From assembly GCA_964016885.1 (NCBI GenBank), contig OZ024743.1, positions 248,000,001-248,064,000 on the forward strand: DNA of 64,000 nt. Direction: 5' to 3'. The notes below the pieces were generated by a model. It saw only the letters and a program-made list of their open reading frames with translations. It was not told the DNA's origin and ran no database searches. The stretch is from Eledone cirrhosa (taxonomy: Eukaryota). Position 1 is the first letter of the stretch, and each line of letters starts with the position of its first letter. Both the position numbers and the translations under genes were made by a program. Shown one piece after another: positions 1 to 13,098 of the stretch.

Positions 1-639
1 AATATCCACCTTGGAGAATTGTGGTACCCATATCATTCACAAGGACGTTAGCAATGAAAATAAAACGATTCCAATTTGGGGGTGAAAATGTTATCGTGAA
101 ATAGGTTTGTTACAAAGCCATGACATTGCAATTAATTATTAAAGTATTAACTAGAGATGTAACTTTAAACAAGTGGAACGAGCTGCTGTTTAGTTCCGCA
201 TAATGGCACCACAGTAATATTTTATAAATTAGGTATAAACACTCCGGCAAGCATATCTCAATACACAATTTCTCATGGAATATGAAATCACAGTTCGGAC
301 GACAAGAATAACATATTTATCCTTTCAGCCATTGTGCCTCTCCAGACATAACGATTTCTAACTTAGGTCGAAGGTCAGATATGTTATATGCAAATGATGT
401 CATCGATTTCATTCATTCTAACATTTTACTGGTACTTTATTTGATTGAATCCGCAATGATAAAAAAAATAATTATTTATTTATTTTTAATAATTTCTTTA
501 ATAACACAAAAAAAGACAAAAAAAAACAGATCAATCTCTGTGGGATTTGAACTTAGAACTCAAAGAGACACGACTAAACACTGCAATGTATTTCATCAAG
601 CACTTAACTGATTGTGCCACCCACCTTCTCACTCTCCGA

Positions 640-812
640 TTATAATGTTGACGTGCAAAACCAGCCGGAAAGGGACCCAGGGGTAGACCCCGAGCAAGAT
701 AGTTGGATAACATCCATGAGCTTGGCTAGTCACGCTTGGGGATCCAGCCGGATCAGTTGGAGACGGTTGTTTCTGACAGGACCCACTGGAAGGAATGTTT
801 GAGGACTCTGCC
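640..812 (+). mobile_element. RTE-clade LINE 3' fragment
   Basis: Translates with frameshifts to GPRGRPRAR.LDNIHELG*SRLGIQPDQLETVVSDRTHWKECL, a typical RTE ORF C-terminus; homologous copies at 4440-4500 and 38715-38900. Confidence 0.7.
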
Positions 813-869
813 CCCACTCTGCCCCCCTCTCAGGAATAAGTGGGCGAAGACGAAGAATATAGCAGGCGG

Positions 870-1200
870 TTTCGCCGATAAGTGTTCCAGTCGTTCAATC
901 AACATAACAGCCGGCTCGTATAATTAATGCAGTGGTTGAGTATTCCAAAGACACGTGTACCTTTAATGTAATTTCTCAGGAAGATTCAGCTTGACAAAGA
1001 GTGTCATAATGCTGGTTCTTTGAATTACAGATAGTTTAACCGACGGGCTTCCAAACATTTTCCGTCTACCCAATTTCTCTCACGAGGCATGGATCGACCC
1101 GAGACTAAGGTAAACGATACTTTCCCAAGATGCCACACAGTGGGGTCGAACACGAGATCTAATGATTGCAAAGCGAACTTCTTAACTATTCGGCCATGAT
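870..1200 (-). mobile_element. SINE fragments (family B tail plus family C head)
   Basis: Same composite as 14270-14590; family B tail ...gagaactacattaagggtacacgtgtctgtgga...; family C head ggttaagaagttcgct...ccactgtgtggcatcttgggaaagt. Confidence 0.6.
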
Positions 1201-1764
1201 AACGAAATATGTAACGAATCAGATAGCGAAAACCATATTAAGTAGTTTGACTCTCCGCTGCTTTAGCTGATAATGTCAACATATAATAATTACACATCTC
1301 TCAGTACTTTATTGAGTTTAACTGTATGGGACAGGATCATTTATCTTACAATCGGACTTCTTATCGGGCTCCATGTTTTGAAAACCAAATTTAATACTTG
1401 TAGCACATGAAATCTGACGAAACCGATGCGAACGAATTCTTTAAATACTTTAATGGAAAAAAAAAGGATTAACAGCAACAAGAAAACATTTGGGGTGTTA
1501 GTGATTATGTAATTTATTTTTTTTTAAACCAAAAATACTTATTTTTAAATGTATTTCCTCAAGAGAACTAAAATAAGCATAAGACAACAACAACACCAGC
1601 AACAACGTAATGTAAACTATAAACACACTACGCTGGAAGTAAATAGCTACGATGATTAAAATGTCTAAATATTGAAACAAATGTAATTCCACACAAATGT
1701 GAGTCTTTCTCATTTTAGTTCCTAATTCTTTGCTGTGTTAGTGACGTTATGGTCACTTTGTTTG

Positions 1765-2060
1765 GGGACGTGGCTTAGTGGTTAGGCTGTTCGGCTCATG
1801 GCCGTAAAGTCGTGCACTGTGTCCTTGAGCAAGACACTTTATTGCTCCAGACAATTCAGCTATGGAAAATTGAGTTGTACAGTAATTTCAAGGGCTAGCT
1901 ATGTAACTCTTGTGTCACGCTGAATCTCTCTGAGAACTACATTAAGGTTACATGGGTCAGTGGAATGCTCAGTCACTTGTACATTAATTTCACGAGCAAG
2001 TTGTTTCGGTGTTTGAACAACTGGGTCACTCATCGTCAAAATGAATGGAGGTCCACTACT
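1765..2060 (+). mobile_element. tRNA-derived SINE family B (V-domain-like core)
   Basis: A-box-like gtggcttagtggttagg, core tgtgtccttgagcaagacactt; further copies at 4060-4310, 6280-6380, 22883-23140, 37875-37960. Confidence 0.7.
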
Positions 2061-2179
2061 ACTATCAGGAATTTCGACTATATCAGCTCTATAAATGTAA
2101 CAAATGAAACTTTAACCGAATCCAACCACTCTTCACCCCGTATAACTATTTCATAGTGTGTACCCCGAGCCAAGCCAAC

Positions 2180-2565
2180 AAAAAGCTTCTGCGCAGTCGC
2201 TAGACTTGCTGGAAATAGCAGACATATCTTTCTCAAATTATATCCCGGATAGTCAGGATTGGGAGGCCTTTGATTATAGGTCTGCTCAATCAGATATGAC
2301 GTGGGATTAAACAACAGCAACAGCCGTATGGATAAGTTACACAAATCATTGAGTAGTAACATTATGACTGACAAAACTCCATCTTCGCGAACTAATTAGA
2401 AAAGGCACCCAAATCTTTAAATTACACTTTACTATCTCATGAAATGGAAGAACACACTAGATAGTGTAGTTCTCGATACTACGCTATGTCTAAAGACAAA
2501 ATGAAATGATCGCGATTGAAACATAAGCTCTGCTCAGAGTTGAGCTGAGACTAAAAAAACAACAA
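2180..2565 (-). repeat. Dispersed repeat family D, two degenerate copies
   Basis: Similar to 26660-26830, 41170-41245, 42690-42810 and 46320-46385 (ccaggtcagc.ctgatcgagcagacctatgatcaaa). Confidence 0.5.
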
Positions 2566-2864
2566 TTCTTTCTTCATGTCAAAAACTGTCAGCCTGGTAG
2601 AATTTCACATGCTGTTATTGGTACTCAGGGGAAGAAATTGGACCTACCACTTATGATGACCAAATACTAGTCAGTATATCAGTTCCTAAGCACATTGTAA
2701 TAATATCTCGTTGGATTTTCAATATAATATTTTGGTGTTTATTTTAAACCAACAACTCTCAAATCATTGAAATGTAAAATTGTTAGTAAACAGTCAAATT
2801 AGCATCAACAATGTTGTTAAAATATTTAGTGAATAATGTTTTTTAATTTAGAAGAGAATGGATT

Positions 2865-3010
2865 GACTGGTACTTTATTTCATCGACCCTGGAAAGATAA
2901 ATGACAAAGCCTCGGTGGAATTTGAAATGAGAACGTAGATGGCCGTAACGAAATACTGCAAAGTATTTCGTATTTACGCGCAAACGATTCAGCTGATTCA
3001 CGGCCTTATA
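2865..3010 (-). mobile_element. tRNA-derived SINE family A
   Basis: Core tggtactttattt.atcgaccc.g.aaggatgaaaggcaaag..acctcgg recurs >15 times (e.g. 20330-20520, 21510-21700, 25890-26045, 27160-27320, 28955-29110, 40310-40430, 41040-41140, 43075-43255, 49290-49490, 52040-52170). Confidence 0.75.
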
Positions 3011-3022
3011 TTTATTGAATAA

Positions 3023-3648
3023 CTAGCAGAATGGCCCGGCGTTGTTCGGGATTTTCTCTAGGGTTATTATATATTTGATATATATTTATCTATTATCGAG
3101 CCTCGTGAAATAAATACGTTTGTTTATATTTTGTTATTGTGTATGCAAAAATATCTGTACACGAATATATAATTATATATATATATATATATTAAAATAA
3201 CAGATTAAAGTTTAAGCAACTTCACCCTTAACGGGATCTTCTGAAATTAAAATTTAAAAAAAATCAATCTGTGAACGCAGAAGTAAATATTTCGCAAAAC
3301 GTTACACACTATTATATATATATACACGCACAATATGTGCATATATATACACACACACAGCTACGTCATAATGTCGTAATGCAGACAGCCAGGCATACAG
3401 ACAGATATTATAAGGGCGCAACGTTATATCTATGTATCTATCTAAAAAGAAAAAAACTAAAAGAGAGAGAGCGCGCTAAATCGCCTAATGCGGTCCCTAG
3501 GGCATTGAAAATTTGAAATTTATTTCCTCAAAACACTCACAGGACCATAAGTATTACATGTGTAAAGTTTGAAAACAATAAGTTGGGTGGTTCTCGAGTT
3601 TTAGTGATTGGACAGACAGACAGACATTCTCTGTTTTAGATATATAGA
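3023..3648 (-). mobile_element. Non-autonomous Helitron, complete
   Basis: Minus strand begins TCTATATATC..(CTGT)n and ends with hairpin CCCG-aacaacgc-CGGG plus CTAG followed by T; no TSD. Confidence 0.85.
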
Positions 3649-3810
3649 CTAGCAGAATGGCCAGGCGTTGCTCGAGATTTGCTCTAGGGTTCTTATATAT
3701 TTGATATATATTTATCCTTATCGAGCCTCGTGAAATAAATACGTTTGTTTATATTTTGTTATTGTGTATGCAAAAATATCTGTACACGAATATATAATTA
3801 TATATATATA
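3649..3810 (-). mobile_element. Second Helitron copy (3' part), head-to-tail with the first
   Basis: Near-identical to 3023-3185; its CTAG abuts the TC 5' end of the first copy. Confidence 0.85.
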
Positions 3811-3845
3811 CTAGCAGTGGTACCCGGCGTTGCACGGGATAAGGT
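3811..3845 (-). mobile_element. 3' terminus of a different Helitron family
   Basis: Minus strand ATCCCGTGCAACGCCGGGTACCACTGCTAG|T, inserted in (TA)n. Confidence 0.7.
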
Positions 3846-4439
3846 ATTTTGGAACGCGGGCCGCCAACAGACCTAATCGTGGAAAACCTGCATGCCTGGA
3901 CAATATGTAAAGAAAATAAACCGAAATGTATGAATTATTACCTTTATTTCTTTTTACTGTGGTAATAGTAGTGAGTTTAGTGGCTTTCCTTTATACAGTT
4001 TTATGTTCAAATAGATATATATTTTGTTTTGGTTGTTTCTGTCATAATTGTACATTAAGTTTAAGGTCGCGAGATCAACGCCTGGCGACGTATTGTGTCC
4101 TTGAGGAAGAGATTTAATTTCATGTTGCTCTAATCACACAGCTGGAAAAGATTAGTTGCACAGAATCACGCTGAATATCCCTGAACATTACGTTAAAGAT
4201 ACATATGTCTGTGGAATGCTCAGCCACTTGCACGTTAATTTAATGAGCATGCTGTTTCGTTGATGAAACAACTGGAACACTCATCGTCGAAACAGACGGA
4301 GCTCCACACACGGGCACACTAACTTTCCTTCTTGACTAGGATTAAATTCTAAGGAATTAGTTGATTTCATTAGGATGTAGACTGGAGAAATCTGGTCTTA
4401 TCCTTCTTCGCCCACGTATTCGTGAGAGGGTTGTAGGTG

Positions 4440-4912
4440 CAGATTCCCCAGACACGTCTTCCAGAGGGTTCTATCAGAAGTAACCGTCTCCAATCGAGTG
4501 CTGAAGTTGGTGCATTATTGCACCAGCTTCAGAAATGCTTGTACTTAATGCAACCTCATGCTTTCCATCACTCGTGAATACGGCCCCTGAGATACTTGAA
4601 CTTCTGCACTTGCTTCAGTGGAACTTCATTCACATGTAGAGTGCACTGCGAAGACTTTCTTGGGAGGATGAGTGTCCCAGTCATGCAGCACTCGACATCA
4701 AACCTATCAAGTGCATGTCGGAGACCATCTTCTGATAAGTTAAGTAGTACCATGTCACCTGCAAATTCCAGCCTACTCATCCTACACCCGCCAGTCTTCA
4801 TACTACTACCAATCTGGCTGCGCATATCAATCCTGTTCATGAAGTTTATGAACAAGAGAGGTGACAGTGTGCACCCTTGGTGGACTCCGTAGCACCATTT
4901 ATCCGAACACAA
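4440..4912 (-). pseudogene. RTE LINE reverse transcriptase fragment, internally deleted
   Basis: GVHQGCTLSPLLFINFM...EFAGDMVLL (degenerate FADD)...QVQKFKYL, then jumps to the RTE C-terminus. Confidence 0.8.
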
Positions 4913-6577
4913 ATACTAGGGCATTCGTATAGGGACTTCAAAGCAACAAGAATTCGACATCTTTTATAATTTGACTGTATCATCTTTTTGTATGGAGATG
5001 AAATGATATTGTGTTGAAATAACATAAAATATTCTCAGACTTAAGATCACATGGCCTCGTCGTTGAACTCACGGACATGGTGATTCGATTCCTAGGCGAG
5101 TATTGTTTTGTTTTTTTTTCGAGCAAAATTTACGTAGCTCCTTCTGCCAGAAGTAAGGATCAACAATGAAATGATCAATGAAAACATTGCTTCCTTTGTC
5201 CGATCTGTCAATCGGCTCCTTCCCTTCCTTGATGACTAAGTTAATTATAAATCAGGGGTCGAAATATTTTATTGATTCAATAAACAAGCAAATTAATGGT
5301 TAAACAACAAAGTATAGAAATAGATTTTAAAAAACTTAATTTTTTTTAAATATATAAAATAAATAAATAAATATTGCTATTTTAATGAAGTAATTCTTAG
5401 AAGTGGATGTGCGGGGGCGATAGCACGTGGTCGATTTTAAATTTGATACACGAATGCTTGAAAATGATGTCCGGTTTAAAATGTTATGGATGGGTCAGAT
5501 GGTTTTATAAGTAGTCTTTGTTTCAAACCACTTTGATAATCTCAATGGCTACATCTCGCGTGTTGTTATGATGAATCCCCACCTCCACCACTACCCACCA
5601 TTATCATCACCATTACTACCGCCCAAATTGAGAGAAAGAGAAATTGAAAGAGGAATATAAGAGAATATAAGGAGGTGAATGAAACAGAATGAATAAAGTG
5701 AATGAGAAAGAGAAAAAAGAACAACAGGAACAACTCAAGAGTTCAGAAAAGGAGGGGGGGGGGGATAATAGATTTACAAGTTGTTAGGAAAATAATGGAT
5801 TCCCTGTGTAAATAAAAAATGAAAATTTTCGTTTGGCGGTCCAAGGATTGGGCAGATGTCTAAGTCCTGAAGTAGATACTTTAACTATATTAACTTCGTA
5901 AAACACCATGGAGAACAGATATATAAGTGATGTTCAGATATTATAGACTAATTTTCAAAGTTTTTCTCGTTTTATACGGCAGCGAATTGGCGCAATCATT
6001 AAAGCGTCAGTGTCTTGGCATGTGTTCTGGCTCTCTACGCTGTGAGTTTAAATTTCACCCGATGTCAACTTTGCCATATATATAGAAGGGAACCACAATG
6101 AAAGTAAGATCCGCAATACATAAAGTAGATATGGTACTTTATCTCAATGCATTAAGAGATGACTTTTACAGGACTAGTCCTATTTTATTCAATGAATGAA
6201 ACAGAACTAGCCTTGTAAATATTACCGATCATTGATATATATATATACATATACATATATATATATATATATATAAAGAGGTGTGGCTGAGTGGTTAGAG
6301 TATTGGATTCGCAATCGTAAGGTTGTGAGTTCGATTGCTGGACCAGGCAATGCGTTATGTCGTTGAGCAAGACACTTTAATTTAGGTATTTCGTTTTCAA
6401 TTGTGATGCTTCCTCGTTCTTTTTTAAACGAAAGCAGTTTAATATGTGTGTGGGTCTAAATGGATAAAGTGACACTTCAGTGATGCAATTGCTTTAATTT
6501 CAACACATAATTTCAGATCAACAACGCTTCCGAAATAAATATATATAACAATTAGTTTGGGAAAGTACATTGGGAAA

Positions 6578-6778
6578 GATGAAAGAGGTTGTGGCAAAGG
6601 TCTTGTATTTCTTTACTTTGGAGGGCTTCCCTGGGGCCTTCACGAAGTGTCAGGAGTGTTATATTAAGTACATTGAAGTCAGAGGATCCTACTTTGAAAG
6701 AGATTAGAATTCCGAACTTCGTTGAAATTAATAAATGCCTCTCTTGAAAACGTCTCCAAACTTCTGTAATACACCTAC
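6578..6778 (+). mobile_element. Mariner transposon 3' end
   Basis: MKEVVAKVLYFFTLEGFPGAFTKCQECYIKYIEVRGSYFERD* matches the mariner C-terminal W.KCI..G.YFE pattern; followed by a TIR-like segment. Confidence 0.65.
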
Positions 6779-8589
6779 ACGATAGCGTCTCACATATGAA
6801 ATTTAGTGGTCAGAAAAACTTCAGTTAGCTGAGATTATTATTGTAGTTTGAAGACAAAAACTTCCTGGGGAGGCGGTCTAAATCTAAAATCAGCAAGTAA
6901 GGGTGGTAACTCGAACAATATCAACTAATCTAAGTTTTGGGGAACAATGACAATACAGCAAAGAGTGAATATGACCTTTTAGCCAACATGTGAAAATAAC
7001 AGACGTGTTTCAATATTGTTAAATCATATTCACCTCAGTTAACTCTACTTATTAGAAACATATGCCAGAGTTGTTGCGCAAGCGACTTCATCTGAGGTCG
7101 TATGGTGGAAATCTTAGTCATTTAAAACACATAGAACTGTTATATTCCTGAAGGAGATGGTGTACATAGCCAATATAAATACACCTGATGGTAAAAACAT
7201 ATTCATTCAAAGCCTTATTCAAGCAATACTCTACTTCATTCTCAAAGTACACAATTCTCTATTAATTCACGCCTGAGCTTGGCACCGACAATTTTAGAAG
7301 TCTTGTAGCTTGGAAATATTTCTGTTGTATCTGATGCCTTAATCATTTCGTCACCATATTTATAATGAAAGTCACTGCAACAATTTTCGAAAAAATTTGA
7401 AAATAGTAAATAATTTGAAGAGATTCAGCAAAATAACTTTCTCATTATTAAACTAATGCTTGGAACAAATTAAGAAAGGTTTTTACTTAGAATTATGATG
7501 GATAGTTGTAGATAAATATAAGCATTTTTAAATATTGTAGAATCAGGGGCGATTTGACAGGCCGAACACCCTATGAATAGACTGAACATTCAGAAAATAG
7601 AGGGACGTAACTAAGTACTGCAAAGCATTTTTCTTTTTTTGTCGCTATATTAATTCTACCGTATGCGATCTACAACCTTACTCGTTTGAATATATTAATT
7701 GCGAAGGTGTATAGGGAGATAAACACGAAATAAAAAAGAACCCCACCTCTCTCTCTCCTGATTATATTTATAAATATTTAGTAAATACTAGCAGAATGGC
7801 CCGGCGTTGCTCGGGATTTGCTCTAGGGTTCTTATATATTTGATATATTTTATTCACAGTTGTATAGATAACATTGCAGATCGTTTGCAATTCTTTCAGA
7901 ATGAAAATATAAACAGACCATATGAATAAATTTACAGTAGAATAACATAACAAATATGTTTTAAATATATACATAAATAACATTACAAATGCTTAGATAA
8001 TATTTGATATATATTTATCCTTATCGAGCCTCGTGAAATAAATACGTTTGTTTATATTTTGTTATTGTGTATGCAAAAATATATGTACACGAATATATAA
8101 TTATATATATATATATGATTTATTTTCTTTTAGTCGTTTTGGAAGCCTCAACAAAGCAGATGGGTAAGTCTCCGGGTAACAGGATCCGACGGTGAAGAGA
8201 GAAATGTAAGGGAATGTAGAATGAGATGTATAGTGTGTAGAGGAACGCAGGAAAGAGCGTAAAAAATAAAAACACGAGATAGAGTTACCTTGGGAGATAT
8301 TTAATTGTCCCTATTTTTCGGATTTGCATCCATCAACTGGGGGGTTTTCCGGGGGGGGGGGGTTATCTGTCGGAGAGGAACGGTACGTGTCCTCTGCTGT
8401 TCGCTGTTTGTGACTAACTGAGGTATTCTGCAGATCGCACGTGCGCGCGGAATAGGTGCGGTCAAGCAAAGGTCGAACTCGACACTAAACTCATCAGGTT
8501 AAAACACTCCATCGCTGATATCCTACACAAACTCACACGCAAAACACACAACCTCACTAAATCTCAACTCACCACTCTCCAACCTGAAA

Positions 8590-10191
8590 TCGAAGAACCT
8601 CATCTACCTCCCCTCCGACAAGGGAAAAGAATTTTGCGTCATCAGCAGAGAGGCCTACAACACCCTGGCCCTCCAACCCCTTGACGATGACAACCTCTAC
8701 TCCAAAGTCACAGGAATCACTCCCGCGCAGATCGAGGAGCACATCAACGCCGCCTGGACCAACATCTCTGTCCGGCGGAGGCTCCCGAAGAATTTCAGGT
8801 ACAACCTCCTCACGAACAGCAGACTACCCGCCTTTTATCACCTTGTGAAAACACACAAACAGGGACCCGACTTGAAGATCAGACCTATTGTATCGAGCGT
8901 GGAAGGACCGCTCTACAAAATTTCATGGCTCCTAGCCAGAATACTCAAACCCATACTAGACACCTTGCCGGGACACGTAAACAGCTCCGAGGAGGTGTTG
9001 GAGCGCCTGCATCAAATGGATCCCGACACCAGAAAGGATAACAGATATGCCTTCAGCCTTGATGTGGTGCTCTTTAGACCTCGGTCCCGGCGCTCCCGGC
9101 CGTTGATATACTGATGGAACGCGTTCAATCTACTGACCTACACTGCTTCGGGCTCACCCCCACTGACATCCACCAACTCCTATCCGTCGTCGTTGACAAC
9201 ACGTACTTCGGTTTTCTCGACCAAACATACCGGCAAACCTCGGGGCTGCCCATGAGCTCAAGCCTGTCGGGTGTGCTCGCGATCTCATACATGGACAGCC
9301 TCGAGCGCAAGGCATTCAACACCTGCCACCCCAACGCCGTCGCCTTTTTCTCAAGGTACATGGACGACATCCTCATCCTCACATCTTCCCAGGAGATGGC
9401 GAACGGAATCTTTGAGGCGTTCAACAACACGGACGAGAACATTGATTTCAGTGTTGAACACCCCAGCAACGACGGGTCACTTGCCCTCCTCGACTTCCGA
9501 ATCAACATCACGGGGCAGGGAGGGATCCACACCAACTTCAATCGCAAGCAAGCTTGCAGGGACTTGTTCGTCCACTACAAGTCTGCCCTCCCTAACAGTG
9601 CTAAAAGAGGGTACATCACGAACGAGATCGCGCGAATTAAAAACAGATGCAGCGATCCCGTGAGTGGTGACACCCACACCAAACGATTCAAACAGAGTAA
9701 GAGACACCAGACGCAAGAGGCAGAGAAACACCCAAGGCAAGTGCTTCCTTAAAATACCACACCTGGGCGAGAATACCACCAACGCTATCCGCAGGGCTAT
9801 ACGGAGAGAGGGCCTCGACAACCACCTGGCCCACTCGGGCCCCTTCCTGCGGAGATGCCTCTCCAGGAAACCCGGGAAATCGACTGACGCGTGTTCCCTC
9901 AGAAACTGTCCGATGCGCCATACGAACTGTTGCTTACGCACATACGTTGTATACAAGGTAGAATGTGACAAGTGCAACCACTACTATATTGGTAGCACAA
10001 TCCGGCCGCTACATATCCGGATCAAGGCGCACATCAACACCAGAGCCTCGTCTTTCCGGAAACACATAACCAACTGCGGAAACAAAGACGGAAGGCCGAT
10101 TGTCACGGTGCTAGCGACAGAACGCAACGTCGGCACGTTACGAATCAAGGAAGCACTTTGGATCAACACGCCTAGGCCCACAAATAAATAA
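8590..10191 (+). pseudogene. PLE RT + GIY-YIG endonuclease, frameshifted
   Basis: SDKG, KTHK..RPIVS, LDVV, GLPMSSSLS, RYMDD, Cys-rich linker, VVYKVECDKCNHYYIGST.R; frameshifts near 9070 and 9700. Confidence 0.9.
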
Positions 10192-10562
10192 CCGATCCGA
10201 GAGAAGCGAGATGAGGTGGTTGGTGTAAACAAACGAGACAACAACACACGCACACAGTGGCATTCGAACGATTGTTTTTGTGTGCAGCACCGCCACCTTC
10301 CACCGACCAACAAGCGACCAGGCAGACTACTACCATACGACTATACTACACTGCTAGTACCAAAAACCAGCACAGATAAATAGTACAATGGATTGACAGC
10401 TAACGCCATCCCACTCTCACAATTAAAAGAACTGCTTCGACCTTTTCTTGACCGCACCTATTCCGCGCGCACGTGCGATCTGGAGAATACCTCAGTTAGT
10501 CACAAACAGCGAACAGCAGAGGACACTATCTCCGACAGATAACACCCCTCCCCCGGAAAACC

Positions 10563-10596
10563 CCCCAGTTGATGGATGCAAATCCGAAATATAGGG
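10563..10596 (+). ncRNA. Minimal HHR-like motif with non-canonical core (mirror copy 8309-8342, -)
   Basis: CCC-CAGTTGA-tGGAT gcaa ATCC-GAAA-TATA-GGG; core deviates from CUGANGA at positions 4 and 6. Confidence 0.4.
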
Positions 10597-10830
10597 ACAA
10601 TTAAATATCTCAAGGTAACGCTATCTCGTGTTATTATATTTTTTTTTACGCTCTTTCCTACGTTCCTCTACACACTATACATCTCATTCTACATTCCCTT
10701 ACATCTCTCTCTTTACCACCGGATCCTGTTACCCGGAGACTTACCCATCTGCATTGTTGAGGCTTCCAAAACGACCAAAATAAAATATATCTTATTATTC
10801 CACAATGCTTCAAGCACACTTCAATACTCT

Positions 10831-10891
<61 letters not shown>

Positions 10892-10982
10892 CGAAGGAAA
10901 TGTGGTAAGGAACCAGGTGGACCATAACGCACCAAAGTACTCAATACTTAGGGTCGTAGAGTGGGTAATAGGAACAAGTAAG

Positions 10983-11077
10983 ACCCCGACGGCTGAGCTC
11001 AAGCCGTTTCGACGGCTAATTCTGTACTGAATGAAAAATTAATTCTGGTATTTAAATAGCCGAACTTATCAAGGGGT
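10983..11077 (-). ncRNA. Type I hammerhead ribozyme, U3-A8 variant
   Basis: ACCCC-UUGAUAA-G..CGGCUA[loop]UAGCCG.C-GAA-ACGGCU ugagcuc AGCCGU-C^GGGGU; all three stems pair. Confidence 0.8.
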
Positions 11078-12273
11078 AATTCCATATATGGTCAAAGGGA
11101 TAATCACCAGGATTGGTCACATCACAAGTTAGTAGTAAATCTGTGATGGCAAGTTGGTGGGGGAAGGGGTAGCTAAACCTGCCAGTAGGAGAAAAAGGGG
11201 AGGGGGTGGAGTAGACCCATTCATGCGTTGGTAGTGCCAGCTACAGCTGGGTGTGAGGTCAAAGAGGATACTGGGGAGGGGGGGAGGAGGTCGAAACGGT
11301 AAGTAGGACAATGAAGGGTAAAACTGTAAAAGGTACTGAGAGAGAAAAATATAAGCAAAATCTGGTTACTAAGACTTAAGTCTCTCGCTATTGCTAGGCT
11401 GAGGAAATACATAAATAAATAAATAAACAAATAAGTGAATAAAAGAATAGATAAATAAATTTAAAAAATATATATATATATATATATATATAATGTAGAA
11501 TAAAAAAATAGATGATAATAATAGAAATAAACTAGGTGGGACGGAAATAAAGGGACCCTTATACGAGGGATAAGTGCGTGTATCGTACGGTGACGGGTCA
11601 ACAAAAGGGGGGCCAGAATACTAAAGAGACTACCTCGAAAAAAATAATAAAGGTTTCTACCCCAAACACAGGGCCAGCAACCACCCAGTGCAAGAAAGTA
11701 AACTAGTACGAGAATATAATTCAGGGTCTCGCAAAAAAATACTAGTGCTAACTCTAAGGGTACCGCCACGAAACAAAAAGTCTTATACAAGCTACATGAA
11801 AGATCGTACGAAGTAAAAGTAAAGAACGGAAAATTAATACAGGAACACCCCCCCCCCCCCCCCCAAAAAAAAAGGGAAAAAGAAAAAAGAGATACTGGAT
11901 AAACGAAAAATTAAAGCAAAGATGCCACTAAGAAATATAGAAGGCACGGAAAAAGGGGACAGCGATCGGAGAAGGGGGCGAGTATCCGAAGTCTAACACC
12001 TCTGCTATAAAAAGCGGAGTCAGCCACATCTATCATAGAATAGGGGATGGGTGGGGGTGCTGAAGCTACAGGGGACCGATGGGCTACCTCGGGTGGGCAA
12101 GAAAAAGACGACGACAAAGAAAGGGAACTGGGGTAGAAAGACTAGGGAGGGATGGGGGGAAGGAGGAAATATAGAGGAAGCGATAAAAGAATGTAAAAGA
12201 AGATCTTACGTCTCCATAGGCAAGCAGGGGTTACCCATTACAAAATAGGCAAGTGGGGTGTTATAGCCCTAGT

Positions 12274-12720
12274 CTACCCCCCCCCCCCCGGGTCATTATG
12301 GGGTTTGAGGGCGAGGTAAGTCCTACGTAATCGGTGTTTACATGCAGTAACCAGTTCATCTTTCTTGTTTAGGAGTTGGTCCGTCGAAAACAGCATTTGT
12401 AATGTTTCCTCCGAGCATAAATTGCACGGACGGCGTCCTCCCGTGTAAGAGTTGGCTCTGGACAGTAATCTCCAAGTGAGATCATAGTTGATGTTGTTGT
12501 CCTTGAGGTCCCATATGTGGCCCGAAAGTGTAGTGGCGTGACGCCGGGCCGGGTTACGGAAGGTATGTCTGTGTTGGTATAGCCGGGTCTTGAAGTCGCA
12601 TGCGGTTAATCCTATATAAGCTTTGTTGGAGGTGTCCGTGCTCACGTTGCACTGGTAGATCACATTACGGTCTCTGCATCTGTTGTCGAGGGGGCAACTG
12701 GATCTATCAGGACAGTTGCA
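12274..12720 (-). pseudogene. GIY-YIG endonuclease domain of a Neptune-type PLE
   Basis: CNCPDRSSCPLDNRC linker, VIYQ...YIGLT..FKTR, CNLC.EE...LLNKKDELVTACKH. Confidence 0.85.
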
Positions 12721-13003
12721 CCTCCTGGTCGGCTCTCCACTGCTATTTAGGTTGTTTCTTCCATTGTTCTACTTACCGTTTCGACCTCCTCCCCCTCCCC
12801 CTCCCCAGTATCCTCTTTGACCTCACACCCAGCTGTAGCTGGCACTACCAACGCATGAATGGGTCTACTCCACCCCCTCTCCCCTTTTTCTCCTACTGGC
12901 AGGTTTAGCTACCCCTTCCCCCACCAACTTGCCATCACAGATTTACTACTAACTTGTGATGTGACCAATCCTGGTGATTATCCCTTTGACCATATATGGA
13001 ATT

Positions 13004-13098
13004 ACCCCTTGATATGTTCGGCTATTTAAATACCAGAATTAATTTCTCATTCAGTACAGAATTAGCCGTCGAAACGGCTTGAGCTCAGCCGTCGGGGT
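13004..13098 (+). ncRNA. Second copy of the U3-A8 HHR (A9 mutated to U)
   Basis: Reverse complement of 10983-11077 with core TTGATAT. Confidence 0.7.

Larger units (their letters stand above)
8117..10833 (+). mobile_element. Penelope-like retroelement 1 with inverted pseudo-LTR (possibly Naiad-like)
   Basis: Inverted repeats 8117-8477 and 10436-10791; RT plus GIY-YIG ORF between them; flanked by (TA)n. Confidence 0.9.

Noticed and set aside
8485-8505. CTGANGA cores at ~8492, 14720, 1414, 24226 and 42917
   Set aside because: No properly placed GAAA, NUH and stem I
9125-9977. Antisense ORFs within PLE, RTE and Gypsy coding regions
   Set aside because: Shadow frames of GC-richer coding sequence with no motifs
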